Shown here: piece after piece, positions 35,247 to 43,509 of the stretch
Numbering within the stretch: the stretch's first letter is position 1
How the letters are laid out: every line of letters starts with the position of its first letter
Translations under genes and position numbers: made by a program
Source: Candidatus Micrarchaeota archaeon
GTDB taxonomy: Archaea > Iainarchaeota > Iainarchaeia > JAADDC01
DNA length: 56,859 bases
Assembly: GCA_027011045.1 (NCBI GenBank)
Contig: JALVAT010000040.1
Span: 1 to 56,859 of the forward strand
Direction: 5' to 3'
Notes under the pieces: generated by a model
What the model saw: only the letters and a program-made list of their open reading frames with translations
Database searches by the model: none
What the model was told of the DNA's origin: nothing

Positions 35247-35251
35247 TCAAT

Positions 35252-35315
35252 GGTGGGATGATGAGCGGTTTTGGGCCTCTCTGAACGGTGATGAAAAGCC
35301 GCCAAGCTGACCACA
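35252..35315 (+). ncRNA. Box C/D sRNA (2'-O-methylation guide)
   Basis: C box AUGAUGA at 35258-35264, D' CUGA at 35281-35284, 3-nt linker, C' GUGAUGA at 35288-35294, an exactly 12-nt guide AAAGCCGCCAAG at 35295-35306, and D box CUGA at 35307-35310. The terminal stem pairs GGUG (35253-35256) with CACC... read as CCAC (35311-35314). The C-to-D' spacer is 16 nt, longer than the usual 12. Confidence 0.6.
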
Positions 35316-35424
35316 TCTTTCTATTCTATCTTGTTCCAACGCGGATGGCGTCTCTGTTTGGTGTGGGATCGAGCAGGGCGAGCATCCCACGCACGGTCGC
35401 TCGGCCAGAGAATCTGGCCATGGG

Positions 35425-35444
35425 AAGCCGCCAAGCTGACCACA
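35425..35444 (+). repeat. Second perfect copy of the 20-nt D-guide plus D-box segment (AAGCCGCCAAGCTGACCACA); first copy at 35296-35315
   Basis: An exact 20/20 direct repeat offset by 129 bp. Two stable hairpins precede it: GTGTGGGAT...ATCCCACGC (about 35361-35392) and GGCCAGAgaaTCTGGCC (35403-35419). No C or C' box is recognisable upstream of this copy. Confidence 0.8.
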
Positions 35445-35503
35445 CGTAAATACGTGAATCGTCGAAGTGCACTTCTTTTTAACTTCCACCCCCTTTTAGT
35501 CCC

Positions 35504-36445
35504 GTGGATTGGAAAGCGTATCTACGGGACTTCTGGGCCCCCCTGCTGAAACGGAAGTTCAACATGATTGCGATAGCCATATTCGTGGGGACGTACTTCC
35601 GCCTTCTCCCCAGCTGGGGGTCTCTTTTCGGAATCTTTGCCTTCCTTCTTGCGTATACGACGATCTACTACTACAACGACCTCCTCGACTATGAACGCGA
35701 TATAGAACACCGCTTCATGCCGAGGGACAAGCTGCTCTATCACGGAAAGGCAAATTTTTGTGATTATATCGTCCTTCTTGGCTGGATTCCCGTGGTGGGC
35801 GTATCCCTTGCGTTCCTGTACAGCCCTCTTTTGGGTATCTTTACAGCCTTCGCCATTCTTGCCAACCACATCAGAACCCACATTTCCCAGCGCCTTCCCC
35901 GGGAACTGCTCCTTGGTATGGTGGAGTTTCTTAACTTTGAAGCGTTCTGGATAGCGCTTTACGGTACCGTGATTCCGGGGCTTGCCGTACCCGTGTTTGT
36001 GGCGTATTCTGCGGCTTACGCGCTTAACCATGCAGTCTACAAGATGAGGAAGCAGTCTCTCCGCAGGGTGCTCCGCCAGCCCTGGGTCTACGCCATGTTC
36101 CTTGCCTTCCTGGTTGCCGCCGCCTTCAGCATCCCCCTCGCCGCATCGAGCACCCTCCATCTCGTTGCACTCATCACGGCATCCGTCATATACTTTGGGC
36201 TCGTCGGTGTTGAGGCCCTTCGCTACGCGGAGAATCCTGAAGAGGGGATGTCCAGAATTGTCAAGGCCCACGAAGTTGGGGTGCTCCTCAGCGGCTTGGT
36301 TCTGGTGCTCATAGGCGCAGCCTTTGTTTACGCGCACCTGCCCACAATCCCCGCGCCCATTCCTGCGCCCCACAGCATGGTTTCAATTTTGCGGAGCATC
36401 GATCACTATCAGCAGCAGGTGCTTTCCCTGGCTAGTCAGCTCTAG
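35504..36445 (+). CDS. UbiA-family prenyltransferase
   Basis: 313 aa with 8-9 TM helices and the Asp-rich motif YYYNDLLDYERD. The start codon is GTG. Confidence 0.8.
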   Translation: MDWKAYLRDFWAPLLKRKFNMIAIAIFVGTYFRLLPSWGSLFGIFAFLLAYTTIYYYNDLLDYERDIEHRFMPRDKLLYHGKANFCDYIVLLGWIPVVGVSLAFLYSPLLGIFTAFAILANHIRTHISQRLPRELLLGMVEFLNFEAFWIALYGTVIPGLAVPVFVAYSAAYALNHAVYKMRKQSLRRVLRQPWVYAMFLAFLVAAAFSIPLAASSTLHLVALITASVIYFGLVGVEALRYAENPEEGMSRIVKAHEVGVLLSGLVLVLIGAAFVYAHLPTIPAPIPAPHSMVSILRSIDHYQQQVLSLASQL

Positions 36446-36481
36446 CGCCAGGTTTTCAACCCTTTTCCCCATGCTATAATT

Positions 36482-37123
36482 ATGCGTGTTCGAGAGCTTT
36501 ACGAGAAACTACTGGCGTTTTACGGTCCTCAGAACTGGTGGCCTGCAGAGACTCCCTTTGAGGTGGTTGTCGGCGCCATACTCACCCAGAATACTGCTTG
36601 GAGGAACGTGGAGAGGGCAATCGATAATCTTAAGCGCGAGGGCATTCTGGACCCCGAGAGCATACTCAAAACGCCCGATGATGTCCTTCGTGAGCTCATC
36701 AGACCCGCAGGTTTCTATAATCAAAAGCTCCAGCGGTTGAAGGCTGTTTGCAAACTCATCGTCGACTACGGTGGCTTGGAGAAGCTGTTTTCCCTGCCGT
36801 TAGACGAGCTACGTTCCGTTCTTCTTTCCGTTAAGGGAATCGGGCCAGAGACTGCCGACGCAATTATCCTCTACGCAGCAAACAAGCCCACCTTCGTTGT
36901 GGACCGGTACACGCACCGCATCTTTATCCGTCTTGGCCTGTGGGAAGGCAAGTACGATTACGAGGGTATCAAGAAGCTCGTTGAGTCTGAGATTCCCCCC
37001 GACGTTCAAACCTACAAGGAGTTCCACGCGCTCATCGACGAACACGCAAAAAGGATCTGCCGCAAGAAGCCATTGTGCAACTCCTGTCCGCTCAGGGACG
37101 TTTGCCCGCGGGTCGGTGTGTAA
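36482..37123 (+). CDS. Endonuclease III-related HhH-GPD DNA glycosylase with an Fe-S cluster loop
   Basis: Contains AILTQNTAWRNVE, the HhH motif VKGIGPETADAIILYA, VDRYTHRIFIRLG, and the C-terminal 4-Cys cluster CRKKPLCNSCPLRDVC. Confidence 0.85.
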   Translation: MRVRELYEKLLAFYGPQNWWPAETPFEVVVGAILTQNTAWRNVERAIDNLKREGILDPESILKTPDDVLRELIRPAGFYNQKLQRLKAVCKLIVDYGGLEKLFSLPLDELRSVLLSVKGIGPETADAIILYAANKPTFVVDRYTHRIFIRLGLWEGKYDYEGIKKLVESEIPPDVQTYKEFHALIDEHAKRICRKKPLCNSCPLRDVCPRVGV

Positions 37124-38009
37124 ACGGTGTTTTCATCCTTCTTGCGGTAGAGGGATAGATCTTCTTCAAGAAGTATTGTTCAAAGAACGCTCTCTGAAGT
37201 GCTATGCTGCCGTTTCTGACGAGTTCTTCTGTGCCCCGGTATATTTCTCCGCGCTGAAAATGCTTTGTCGCCTGTTCTAGCACCTTGATGTCCCTTTCCA
37301 TCTTCTCTATTTTTTGGTGTGCCACCTGCGCGTCTATGCTGAGTGAAACTATTCTGTCGTGTCGGGGATCGTAAAAGAAGTACTGAGGGGTTACGTGATC
37401 TGTTAAATCAACGATTTTGTGTGGTACTCCAAGCTCCTTTAGATATCTTGTTACGATCGGCTCTGTCCAGACGAGATTCTTTCTGTGCATGCGCTGGATA
37501 ATATGGAGTTTTTTACCCACTCGAATGAGCTCCTTTAACGCCTTTAGGGCAGACACGGGGTCCGATAGGTCTGTATTGAGCGGTGTTAATTCGTATGACA
37601 CCACGTGATCGAATTCAGCCGTTTTAAATGGCAATTCGCGTGCGTCTGCAAGTGCCCGTCTATCGTTTGTGTGGTGTGCGAGTGCTACCTCTGAAAAGTC
37701 TGCTCCCACTGCATTTGGATGGATGTTTGACCATTGGCCAGTATACACTGGGATTATCAATACGCTGTGGTTCTTGTTTATTCCCAGTTTTTTGCGGATC
37801 GATTCTACATCTGATGGTACCGTCGAGAACGTGCCCCCAGCCCTTATTTTTTTGTCCCATTTTGCAGGCTCTCGCTCGAGGCCGCTGCCAGAGAACACAC
37901 TCTTCCAGTACTCTCTTTCGTAGTAGTCAGACTCGGACCTGCGCGCAAGGGCGAGCATCGCTAAAGCCACACTTGCCTTTGGGCTGACTTTATGAGACTC
38001 TTTATCCAC
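37092..38009 (-). CDS. Class-I methyltransferase-fold-like protein with an atypical motif I (paralog 1)
   Basis: 305 aa. It has GADFSEVAL, ADARELPFKTAEFDHVVS and LKELIRVGKKLHII in the order expected for Methyltransf_11-like folds, but motif I reads VLIIPVYTGQW. Its 3' end overlaps convergent endoIII-like gene by 32 nt. Confidence 0.6.
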   Translation of the reverse strand: MDKESHKVSPKASVALAMLALARRSESDYYEREYWKSVFSGSGLEREPAKWDKKIRAGGTFSTVPSDVESIRKKLGINKNHSVLIIPVYTGQWSNIHPNAVGADFSEVALAHHTNDRRALADARELPFKTAEFDHVVSYELTPLNTDLSDPVSALKALKELIRVGKKLHIIQRMHRKNLVWTEPIVTRYLKELGVPHKIVDLTDHVTPQYFFYDPRHDRIVSLSIDAQVAHQKIEKMERDIKVLEQATKHFQRGEIYRGTEELVRNGSIALQRAFFEQYFLKKIYPSTARRMKTPFTHRPAGKRP

Positions 38010-38097
38010 AGTCTATTTCCATCTTCAAATCATTTAAATCAAATCTATTGACACATGCTTTCTCTCTTGCCTTGCACGTGGGCGGCAATTACTGTCT

Positions 38098-38998
38098 CTA
38101 TTTCCGTCGCACGAGCCGCGGTCGTTTCTGAAGGACAAAATGCTCCACGAGGGCTTTCCGCAGCGCAGGGGATGCCGATCTCATGAGCTGGGCAATGTCG
38201 CGCGGAGGTACTTCCCTCTTTACGGCGATAGCCCGGAGAAACTTGTACACCGCAAGGGCATCCTTCTTTATCGTCGCCCTGTGTTTTAGAAGGTCCTCGC
38301 CGCGGAAGCTCACTGCAACTACGCCCATTTTTCGGTTTGGCTTTGTTATCCCTGTTATGATTGTGTGATCCGTCAAGTCGTGGATTTTGTAGGGGACTCC
38401 GAGTCCAGCAAGGTACTGTTGCACGAAAGGGTACGTCCATATTGGAACGTTGTTTCTCGTTTTCTGTATAATGTGCACGTTTTTTCCCACCCTCCCTAGC
38501 TCGTACAGCGTCAGTATGGGATCAAGCAGCGTTGCCGTGTTCGGATTGAGTGGAGTAGGCTCAAAGGAAATGATATGATCAGCATACGCATCTGGAAACG
38601 GGAGTTTTCGGAGATCCGCCCGTATCTTGTTTTCGTTTGGGTGGTTCTTCAGCGCCTCCGCCGAGAAATCGACACCGATAGAGTCCTCCTTTATTTGCGA
38701 CAGTTCCCCCCGAAAATACGGGCGCAACGATCACCCTGTCCCTTTCGCGGATTCCGAGCGCTTTTCTGATACCTGTAATATTCCTTGGGATGAGGAAGAA
38801 GCTTACTCCCTGTTTTACCCTTGCATCCCAGTGTTCTGGCAGATTTTGCACGTTGTTCCCAAGGAGCTCCCGCAAGATCCACGCTTTTCCCTCTTCGTTT
38901 CCTACTCTGATGTATTCTCTGATCGCCGTTTCTGCAGCTCTTTTGGCTGGAAAGCGTTGCAATGTCTTCTGCTCATCCACGTTTATGCTATTGCCCAC
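38098..38998 (-). pseudogene. Paralog 2 of the methyltransferase-fold-like gene, split by a 1-nt frameshift in a C6/G6 run
   Basis: ORFs 38579-38998 and 38098-38727 are in different frames. Removing one G from the run at 38706-38711 gives VIVAPVFSGELSQIKEDSIGVDFSAEAL, which is collinear with LIIPVYTGQWSNIHPNAVGADFSEVAL of paralog 1. The downstream part is strongly similar (RVGKNVHIIQ/RVGKKLHIIQ, GVPYKIHDLTDH/GVPHKIVDLTDH). Confidence 0.6.
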
Positions 38999-39062
38999 TA
39001 CCGTTTAAACATATGCTGCCTGTCAAGCGGCCAGAAAAATGTGGGATAAGGGGTATTTTTGA

Positions 39063-40061
39063 TCACTTGACGAATCCCTTCCCCTTCAGGTAGTCATACG
39101 CCGACAGCGCTGCAATGGCCCCCTTTGCCGCTGCTGTGATTATCTGGTGCACATTGTTCATTCCCGTTGTTACGTCGCCCGCTGCGAAGAAGCCAGGTAC
39201 GTTGGTGCTCTGGTCCTCCTTGACAATAATGTATCCGCGCTCGTTCAGCTTCACACCCACCCTTTTTGCCAGCTCTGTTTGTGGGATCATGCCGATGTCG
39301 ATGAACACGCCGTCCACCGGCAGCTCCATGATCTCTCCCGTCTCACGGTTCTTCAGGATGAGCTTCTCCACCTTGTTTGTTCCCTCGATCCGCTCGACAA
39401 CGTAGGGCGTAATGAATTCAACCTTTGGGTTTTTCTTGAGCCGCTCCACCCAGACGGGCTCTGCACGGAACGCATTCCTGCGGTGGATAATATATACCTT
39501 CTTTGCGTGCTGCGTGAGGAGGTCTGCATCCATGAGCGCCGTGTTCCCGCCACCGACAACCGCTACGACCTTATCCTTGAAGAGCGCGGCGTCACATATG
39601 GCGCAGTAGGATACGCCCTTGCCCAGGAACTCTTCTTCCCCTGGAACGCCAAGCTTCCTGTGCGTGGAACCTGTAGCGTAGATCACGGTGGGCGCCCTGG
39701 TAGTGCCCTGGTCTGTTTCGACAATGAAGTAATCTCCATCCTTTCTGATGTCCTTGACGGTTGCCTGGATCAGCTCTGCCCCGAAGTGCTCCGCGTGTTC
39801 CCTGAATCGCTTCATTAGCTCCTCGCCGGTTGCCTTTACGAATCCAGGATAGTTTTCCACGGAGTGGGCGTCCAGCACTTGTCCCCCGAAGTCCTTGGAG
39901 ATGACTGCGGTTCGGAGCATGGCGCGGGCTGCGTAGATGGCTGCAGCAAGGCCCGCAGGCCCGCCCCCGATAATTACAACGTCGTAATCAGGCTTTAGTT
40001 CTGCCTTGGACGTTACCGCCGAGTCAAGGGAAAAGGAGAAGGGCGAGGTCATGGCGATCAC
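39063..40061 (-). CDS. trxB: Thioredoxin reductase (NAD(P)H-dependent flavoprotein)
   Basis: Contains GGGPAGLAAAIYAAR, the redox motif CAICDA, VVGGGNTALMDA and FAAGDV. Confidence 0.95.
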   Translation of the reverse strand: MIAMTSPFSFSLDSAVTSKAELKPDYDVVIIGGGPAGLAAAIYAARAMLRTAVISKDFGGQVLDAHSVENYPGFVKATGEELMKRFREHAEHFGAELIQATVKDIRKDGDYFIVETDQGTTRAPTVIYATGSTHRKLGVPGEEEFLGKGVSYCAICDAALFKDKVVAVVGGGNTALMDADLLTQHAKKVYIIHRRNAFRAEPVWVERLKKNPKVEFITPYVVERIEGTNKVEKLILKNRETGEIMELPVDGVFIDIGMIPQTELAKRVGVKLNERGYIIVKEDQSTNVPGFFAAGDVTTGMNNVHQIITAAAKGAIAALSAYDYLKGKGFVK

Positions 40062-40062
40062 C

Positions 40063-40737
40063 TCACATGAAGTTTATCTTGCCCTTGATCTCGCCCTTTG
40101 CAGCCTTGAGCGTGTACTCAGCGAAGACCTCCTCTGGAAGCGCGCCCTCCCACTCCACGAGCTCGTTGCCGTTTTCGTCGAGGATTACGTTCTTGGGCAC
40201 GGCGGATACCTGGAACTTGTCTGCCAGATCGCTCCACTCGATTGCCTCGATCATCTCCGCTGTGATCTTGTCGTTTATGAAGGCGAAGTGGTGGGCTGCC
40301 CTGACCGCGAGGGGACAGTATGGACAGGTGGGTGTGACGAAAATCCACATCTTTATGGGCTTGTCGATCTCGGCGATCAGCTTCGCGGCCTTTTCATTGA
40401 TGTCCACGGAGCCCGCGGCGATTGCCTTAATGTCATCAAGGAATGCTGGGAACTCGTGGCCGGAAGGAATGCCCCTGTAACGTATGTTGGGTTTGGCCTC
40501 GAAGAGTAGCACAGGACCGCCGTCGATGCCATATTCCTTTGCCTTTTCACTGTTCGCGTCGTAAACCTCATAAGTAACGTGCTCGTTGACGGAATGAATG
40601 TCCTGGAGGAGCTCCTCGATAACATCACAGTACTGGCAGCGTGGAGATTCGTCCTTGAAGAACAGGATCTTTACCTCCTTCTGCACGGGCTCAAGTATCT
40701 TCCTGACGCCCTCCTTGTCCTTTTCACTCAAAACCAT
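40063..40737 (-). CDS. Protein disulfide oxidoreductase (PDO, double thioredoxin fold)
   Basis: 224 aa with two CxxC sites, CQYC and CPYC, as in Pyrococcus-type PDO. There is a 1-nt gap to trxB. Confidence 0.9.
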   Translation of the reverse strand: MVLSEKDKEGVRKILEPVQKEVKILFFKDESPRCQYCDVIEELLQDIHSVNEHVTYEVYDANSEKAKEYGIDGGPVLLFEAKPNIRYRGIPSGHEFPAFLDDIKAIAAGSVDINEKAAKLIAEIDKPIKMWIFVTPTCPYCPLAVRAAHHFAFINDKITAEMIEAIEWSDLADKFQVSAVPKNVILDENGNELVEWEGALPEEVFAEYTLKAAKGEIKGKINFM

Positions 40738-40762
40738 CTTTTCTCACCCCATGAGCATGATT

Positions 40763-40777
40763 TTTAACCGCGTTAAA
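40763..40777. promoter_or_regulatory. Candidate operator: 6-3-6 inverted repeat TTTAAC-CGC-GTTAAA in the pdo/arsR divergent promoter region
   Basis: The arms are perfectly complementary (TTTAAC and GTTAAA). The repeat overlaps the TATA-like TTAAAAAT of the minus-strand pdo promoter. AACGTT and GACGTTT motifs and a TTTTTAAAG TATA box for the plus-strand arsR gene follow. Confidence 0.35.
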
Positions 40778-40819
40778 GGGAAACGTTGTTTTTAAAGACG
40801 TTTGTACGAGCATGCAAAT

Positions 40820-41134
40820 ATGGATTCTCCTGATTTCCACAGGCTTGCAAAGTATTTTAGGGCGCTGGCCTGTGAAACGAGGCTGCGCATACTCCACGAG
40901 ATTCTTGCGGACCCGAAGTGTGCTCAAGACGTTGCTGCGTGTATAGGCAAGGACGTTTCTACTGCCTGGCGCCACATAAAGGTTCTTGAAGATGCTGGAA
41001 TTGTTACCTCTCGCCGGGAGGGCAGGAAGATTATTGTCTATGTTAATGACCTTGATGCGATGCGTAGGATCCTCGAACTGGCTGAATGGGCCCTGAACTC
41101 CGAGAAAGTAGTTCCACGAATTATAAAAGATTAA
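40820..41134 (+). CDS. ArsR-family transcriptional regulator, divergent from pdo-trxB
   Basis: 104 aa from the ATG at 40820, about 25 nt downstream of a TATA-like box: FRALACETRLRILHEILADPKCAQDVAACIGKDVSTAWRHIKVLEDAGIV. Confidence 0.8.
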   Translation: MDSPDFHRLAKYFRALACETRLRILHEILADPKCAQDVAACIGKDVSTAWRHIKVLEDAGIVTSRREGRKIIVYVNDLDAMRRILELAEWALNSEKVVPRIIKD

Positions 41135-41154
41135 AAAAGGTGGATTGGCGCCTT

Positions 41155-42411
41155 TTAGTGCCCGTACCTTGCCATCATGGCCTCTGCAACGCGCTCCACT
41201 GCAACGGCGTAGGCTCCTGTGCGCAAGTCGTCCTTGAGCTCCTCTGCTTTTCTGTGGACGTCCTTGAACGCAGAGACCATCTTGTCCTTTAGCCGTTCGA
41301 GGACTTCTTCCTCCGTCCAGTAGAAGCCCATGCGGTTCTGCACCCACTCGAAGTAGGACACCGTTACGCCGCCGGCGTTTGCCAGCACGTCTGGGACGAC
41401 AATGACGCCCTTCTTCTTGAGGATTTCGTCTGCCTCTGCCGTAGTGGGTCCGTTGGCAAGCTCGATGATGAGCTTTGCCTTTATCCTGTCCGCATTTTCC
41501 CTGGTTATGACGTTCTCGATGGCTGCAGGGACCAGAACATCCACGTCCAGCTCTAGGAGCTCCTCATTGGTGATGTCCTTAGCTCCCGGGAAGCCGGAGA
41601 CGCGGCCCGTCTTTCTCTTGTGCTCAAGCACCGCGGGGATGTCCAGTCCCTCCGGGTTGTAGATGCCGCCCTTGGAATCCGAGATTGCGACGACCTTGTA
41701 CCCCTTCTCGTGGAGGATCTTGGCCAGCCCGCCGCCCACGTTGCCAATACCCTGAATCGCAACGGTCTTTCCGTCGATTCCGTAGGTCTTTAGTGCTTCC
41801 TCCATGACGAAGAAGCCACCCCAGGACGTTGCCATGAATCGGCCCTTGGAACCGCCGATGGACAGGGGTTTACCCGTGATTACACCGTTTTCGTGCTTAC
41901 GGACGATGGTTTCGTACTCATCCACCATCCACGCCATTACCTTGGGGTTTGTGTAGACGTCGGGCGCTGGGATGTCCCTTTCGTCCCCGATTACATCTGC
42001 GATTGCCCGAATGTATGCCCTGGAAAGGCGTTCAAGTTCAGTGGGACTAAGCTCCTTCGGGTTGACTGTAATGCCACCCTTTGCACCGCCGTAGGGCAGA
42101 TCCACCACGGCGTTCTTTATGGTCATCCAGAATGCCAGAGCCGTAACCTCATCCTCATTGACGTTGGGGTGGTAACGAATTCCCCCCTTTCCCGGTCCGC
42201 GTGCGTCGTTGTAGAGGACGCGGTAGCCCGTGAATGTTCTAATCGTCCCGTCGTCCATCTTCACTGGGAAGGAAACCTTCACCACGCGCTTCGGCCGCTT
42301 CAGCGCCTCGAGAATCCAGTCCTCCAAACCGATCTTTTCAGCCGTGTGCTCCAGGCGTTTTATGCCCTGCTCAAAGACCATGGGATCACCTCCGAGTTTG
42401 TATATTTGCAC
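41155..42411 (-). CDS. gdhA: Glutamate dehydrogenase
   Basis: 418 aa with [17 protein letters not shown] and the Rossmann motif GIGNVGG. Confidence 0.95.
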   Translation of the reverse strand: MQIYKLGGDPMVFEQGIKRLEHTAEKIGLEDWILEALKRPKRVVKVSFPVKMDDGTIRTFTGYRVLYNDARGPGKGGIRYHPNVNEDEVTALAFWMTIKNAVVDLPYGGAKGGITVNPKELSPTELERLSRAYIRAIADVIGDERDIPAPDVYTNPKVMAWMVDEYETIVRKHENGVITGKPLSIGGSKGRFMATSWGGFFVMEEALKTYGIDGKTVAIQGIGNVGGGLAKILHEKGYKVVAISDSKGGIYNPEGLDIPAVLEHKRKTGRVSGFPGAKDITNEELLELDVDVLVPAAIENVITRENADRIKAKLIIELANGPTTAEADEILKKKGVIVVPDVLANAGGVTVSYFEWVQNRMGFYWTEEEVLERLKDKMVSAFKDVHRKAEELKDDLRTGAYAVAVERVAEAMMARYGH

Positions 42412-42501
42412 AATGATGCAAAGGTTCTTTAACCCTTCACGCCGTTAACCGTGGAGAACTCTTTTATTGTTCCCGCCCGATAGTAATAACATCTCCGGAC
42501 G

Positions 42502-43509
42502 GTGGTACGCCGCGCGTGGCTGGAGCACCTGTTTGCGAATGTCGATCTCCTGGCAATCTCTGATCCCCGCTTGCGCCGGACTGTGGAGGAGCTCCGTCAC
42601 GACCTCACGCACCCGTTATTCCTTAAACAGAAAGAGCTAGAAGAGATTGAGCGCATTCTCCTGAGGAAAAGTCCCGTAGCAAGGGAACTCTTTGCCCACT
42701 ACTACGCAAAGCGTCGCAAGGATCCCTACGGTAGCGGTAGCGCCTTGAAGTACTTCCTCTCTGCTGGAACCTTTACAGACCCCCTTGCATGGAAAATCGC
42801 AGAGGGCATCGCGGAGCAACACCATATTCCCGAGGATCACCCGCAGCGTCGTTTGTATACCCCTGGTGGGCTGTACCTGCCAGATCTTCAGCAGGCCATT
42901 TCCCTGCTTGCCAATAAGGCCATAGGTCGGCCAGAACTTGTGCTCCCTGCCGAGTTCCACGAGGAGGTGTCCAGTTCCGAGGACCCCCTTGCGGAGCTTC
43001 GCTCGCACAAGATCTCACCTGCTTATGATGTGGCCCCCTCCGCTCTAGATCGCGCGCATCCACATATACGGAATTTTGTCGACATCGCTACAAAGGAGTT
43101 CGCTAAGCTCATCTCGCCAAAGCAGGATCTTATGGCGCTCCACAGGGAGTACTCAGCTCTAAGGGACGATATCAGCTCGCACCAAGCCAGGCTTAGGAAG
43201 TATGATGTGTGCGATGGAGTTCCAAGCGCTTTCTACGATGAGGTTCACCGTACTGCGGAAAGGGCGAAGCGCTTGCGTAGACGGTTAGAAGGGCGACTAC
43301 TCCACACCCTTTCTTTACCTTTCAAACATTCTTTTCGCTACCTCCGGATCCCAGAAGAGGCCGCAGTGGCAGTGGCCCATGGTCTTTATCTCTTCTCGGT
43401 GCCAGAAACAGGGGCAGATCTTCTTTCTGTCCTCTTCCAGGTTGCCGGTTACGGGCCTGCACGGACAGTAGCGGAAGCCGTACTTTTTCTGGTTGTACGC
43501 AAGGCCTGA
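42502..43509 (+). CDS. Hypothetical helical protein; the 3' ~195 nt run antisense through the next gene
   Basis: 335 aa with a GTG start. The first ~270 aa look like genuine coding sequence with no competing ORF. The tail (LSLPFKHSFRYLRIPEEAAVAVAHGLYLF...) is the codon-aligned antisense of the FTR-like gene. Confidence 0.5.
   Translation: MVRRAWLEHLFANVDLLAISDPRLRRTVEELRHDLTHPLFLKQKELEEIERILLRKSPVARELFAHYYAKRRKDPYGSGSALKYFLSAGTFTDPLAWKIAEGIAEQHHIPEDHPQRRLYTPGGLYLPDLQQAISLLANKAIGRPELVLPAEFHEEVSSSEDPLAELRSHKISPAYDVAPSALDRAHPHIRNFVDIATKEFAKLISPKQDLMALHREYSALRDDISSHQARLRKYDVCDGVPSAFYDEVHRTAERAKRLRRRLEGRLLHTLSLPFKHSFRYLRIPEEAAVAVAHGLYLFSVPETGADLLSVLFQVAGYGPARTVAEAVLFLVVRKA

Noticed and set aside
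35247-35489. The 80-aa minus-strand ORF containing CGQLGGF twice.
   Set aside because: The internal peptide repeat is just the antisense reading of the duplicated sRNA segment. The plus-strand C/D box architecture explains the sequence better.
31573-35503. I looked for a CRISPR array or other cas genes near the Cas4-like gene, and elsewhere in the window.
   Set aside because: I saw no regularly spaced direct repeats of 24-40 bp. The only notable direct repeat is the single 20-bp pair at 35296 and 35425, which belongs to the C/D sRNA locus.
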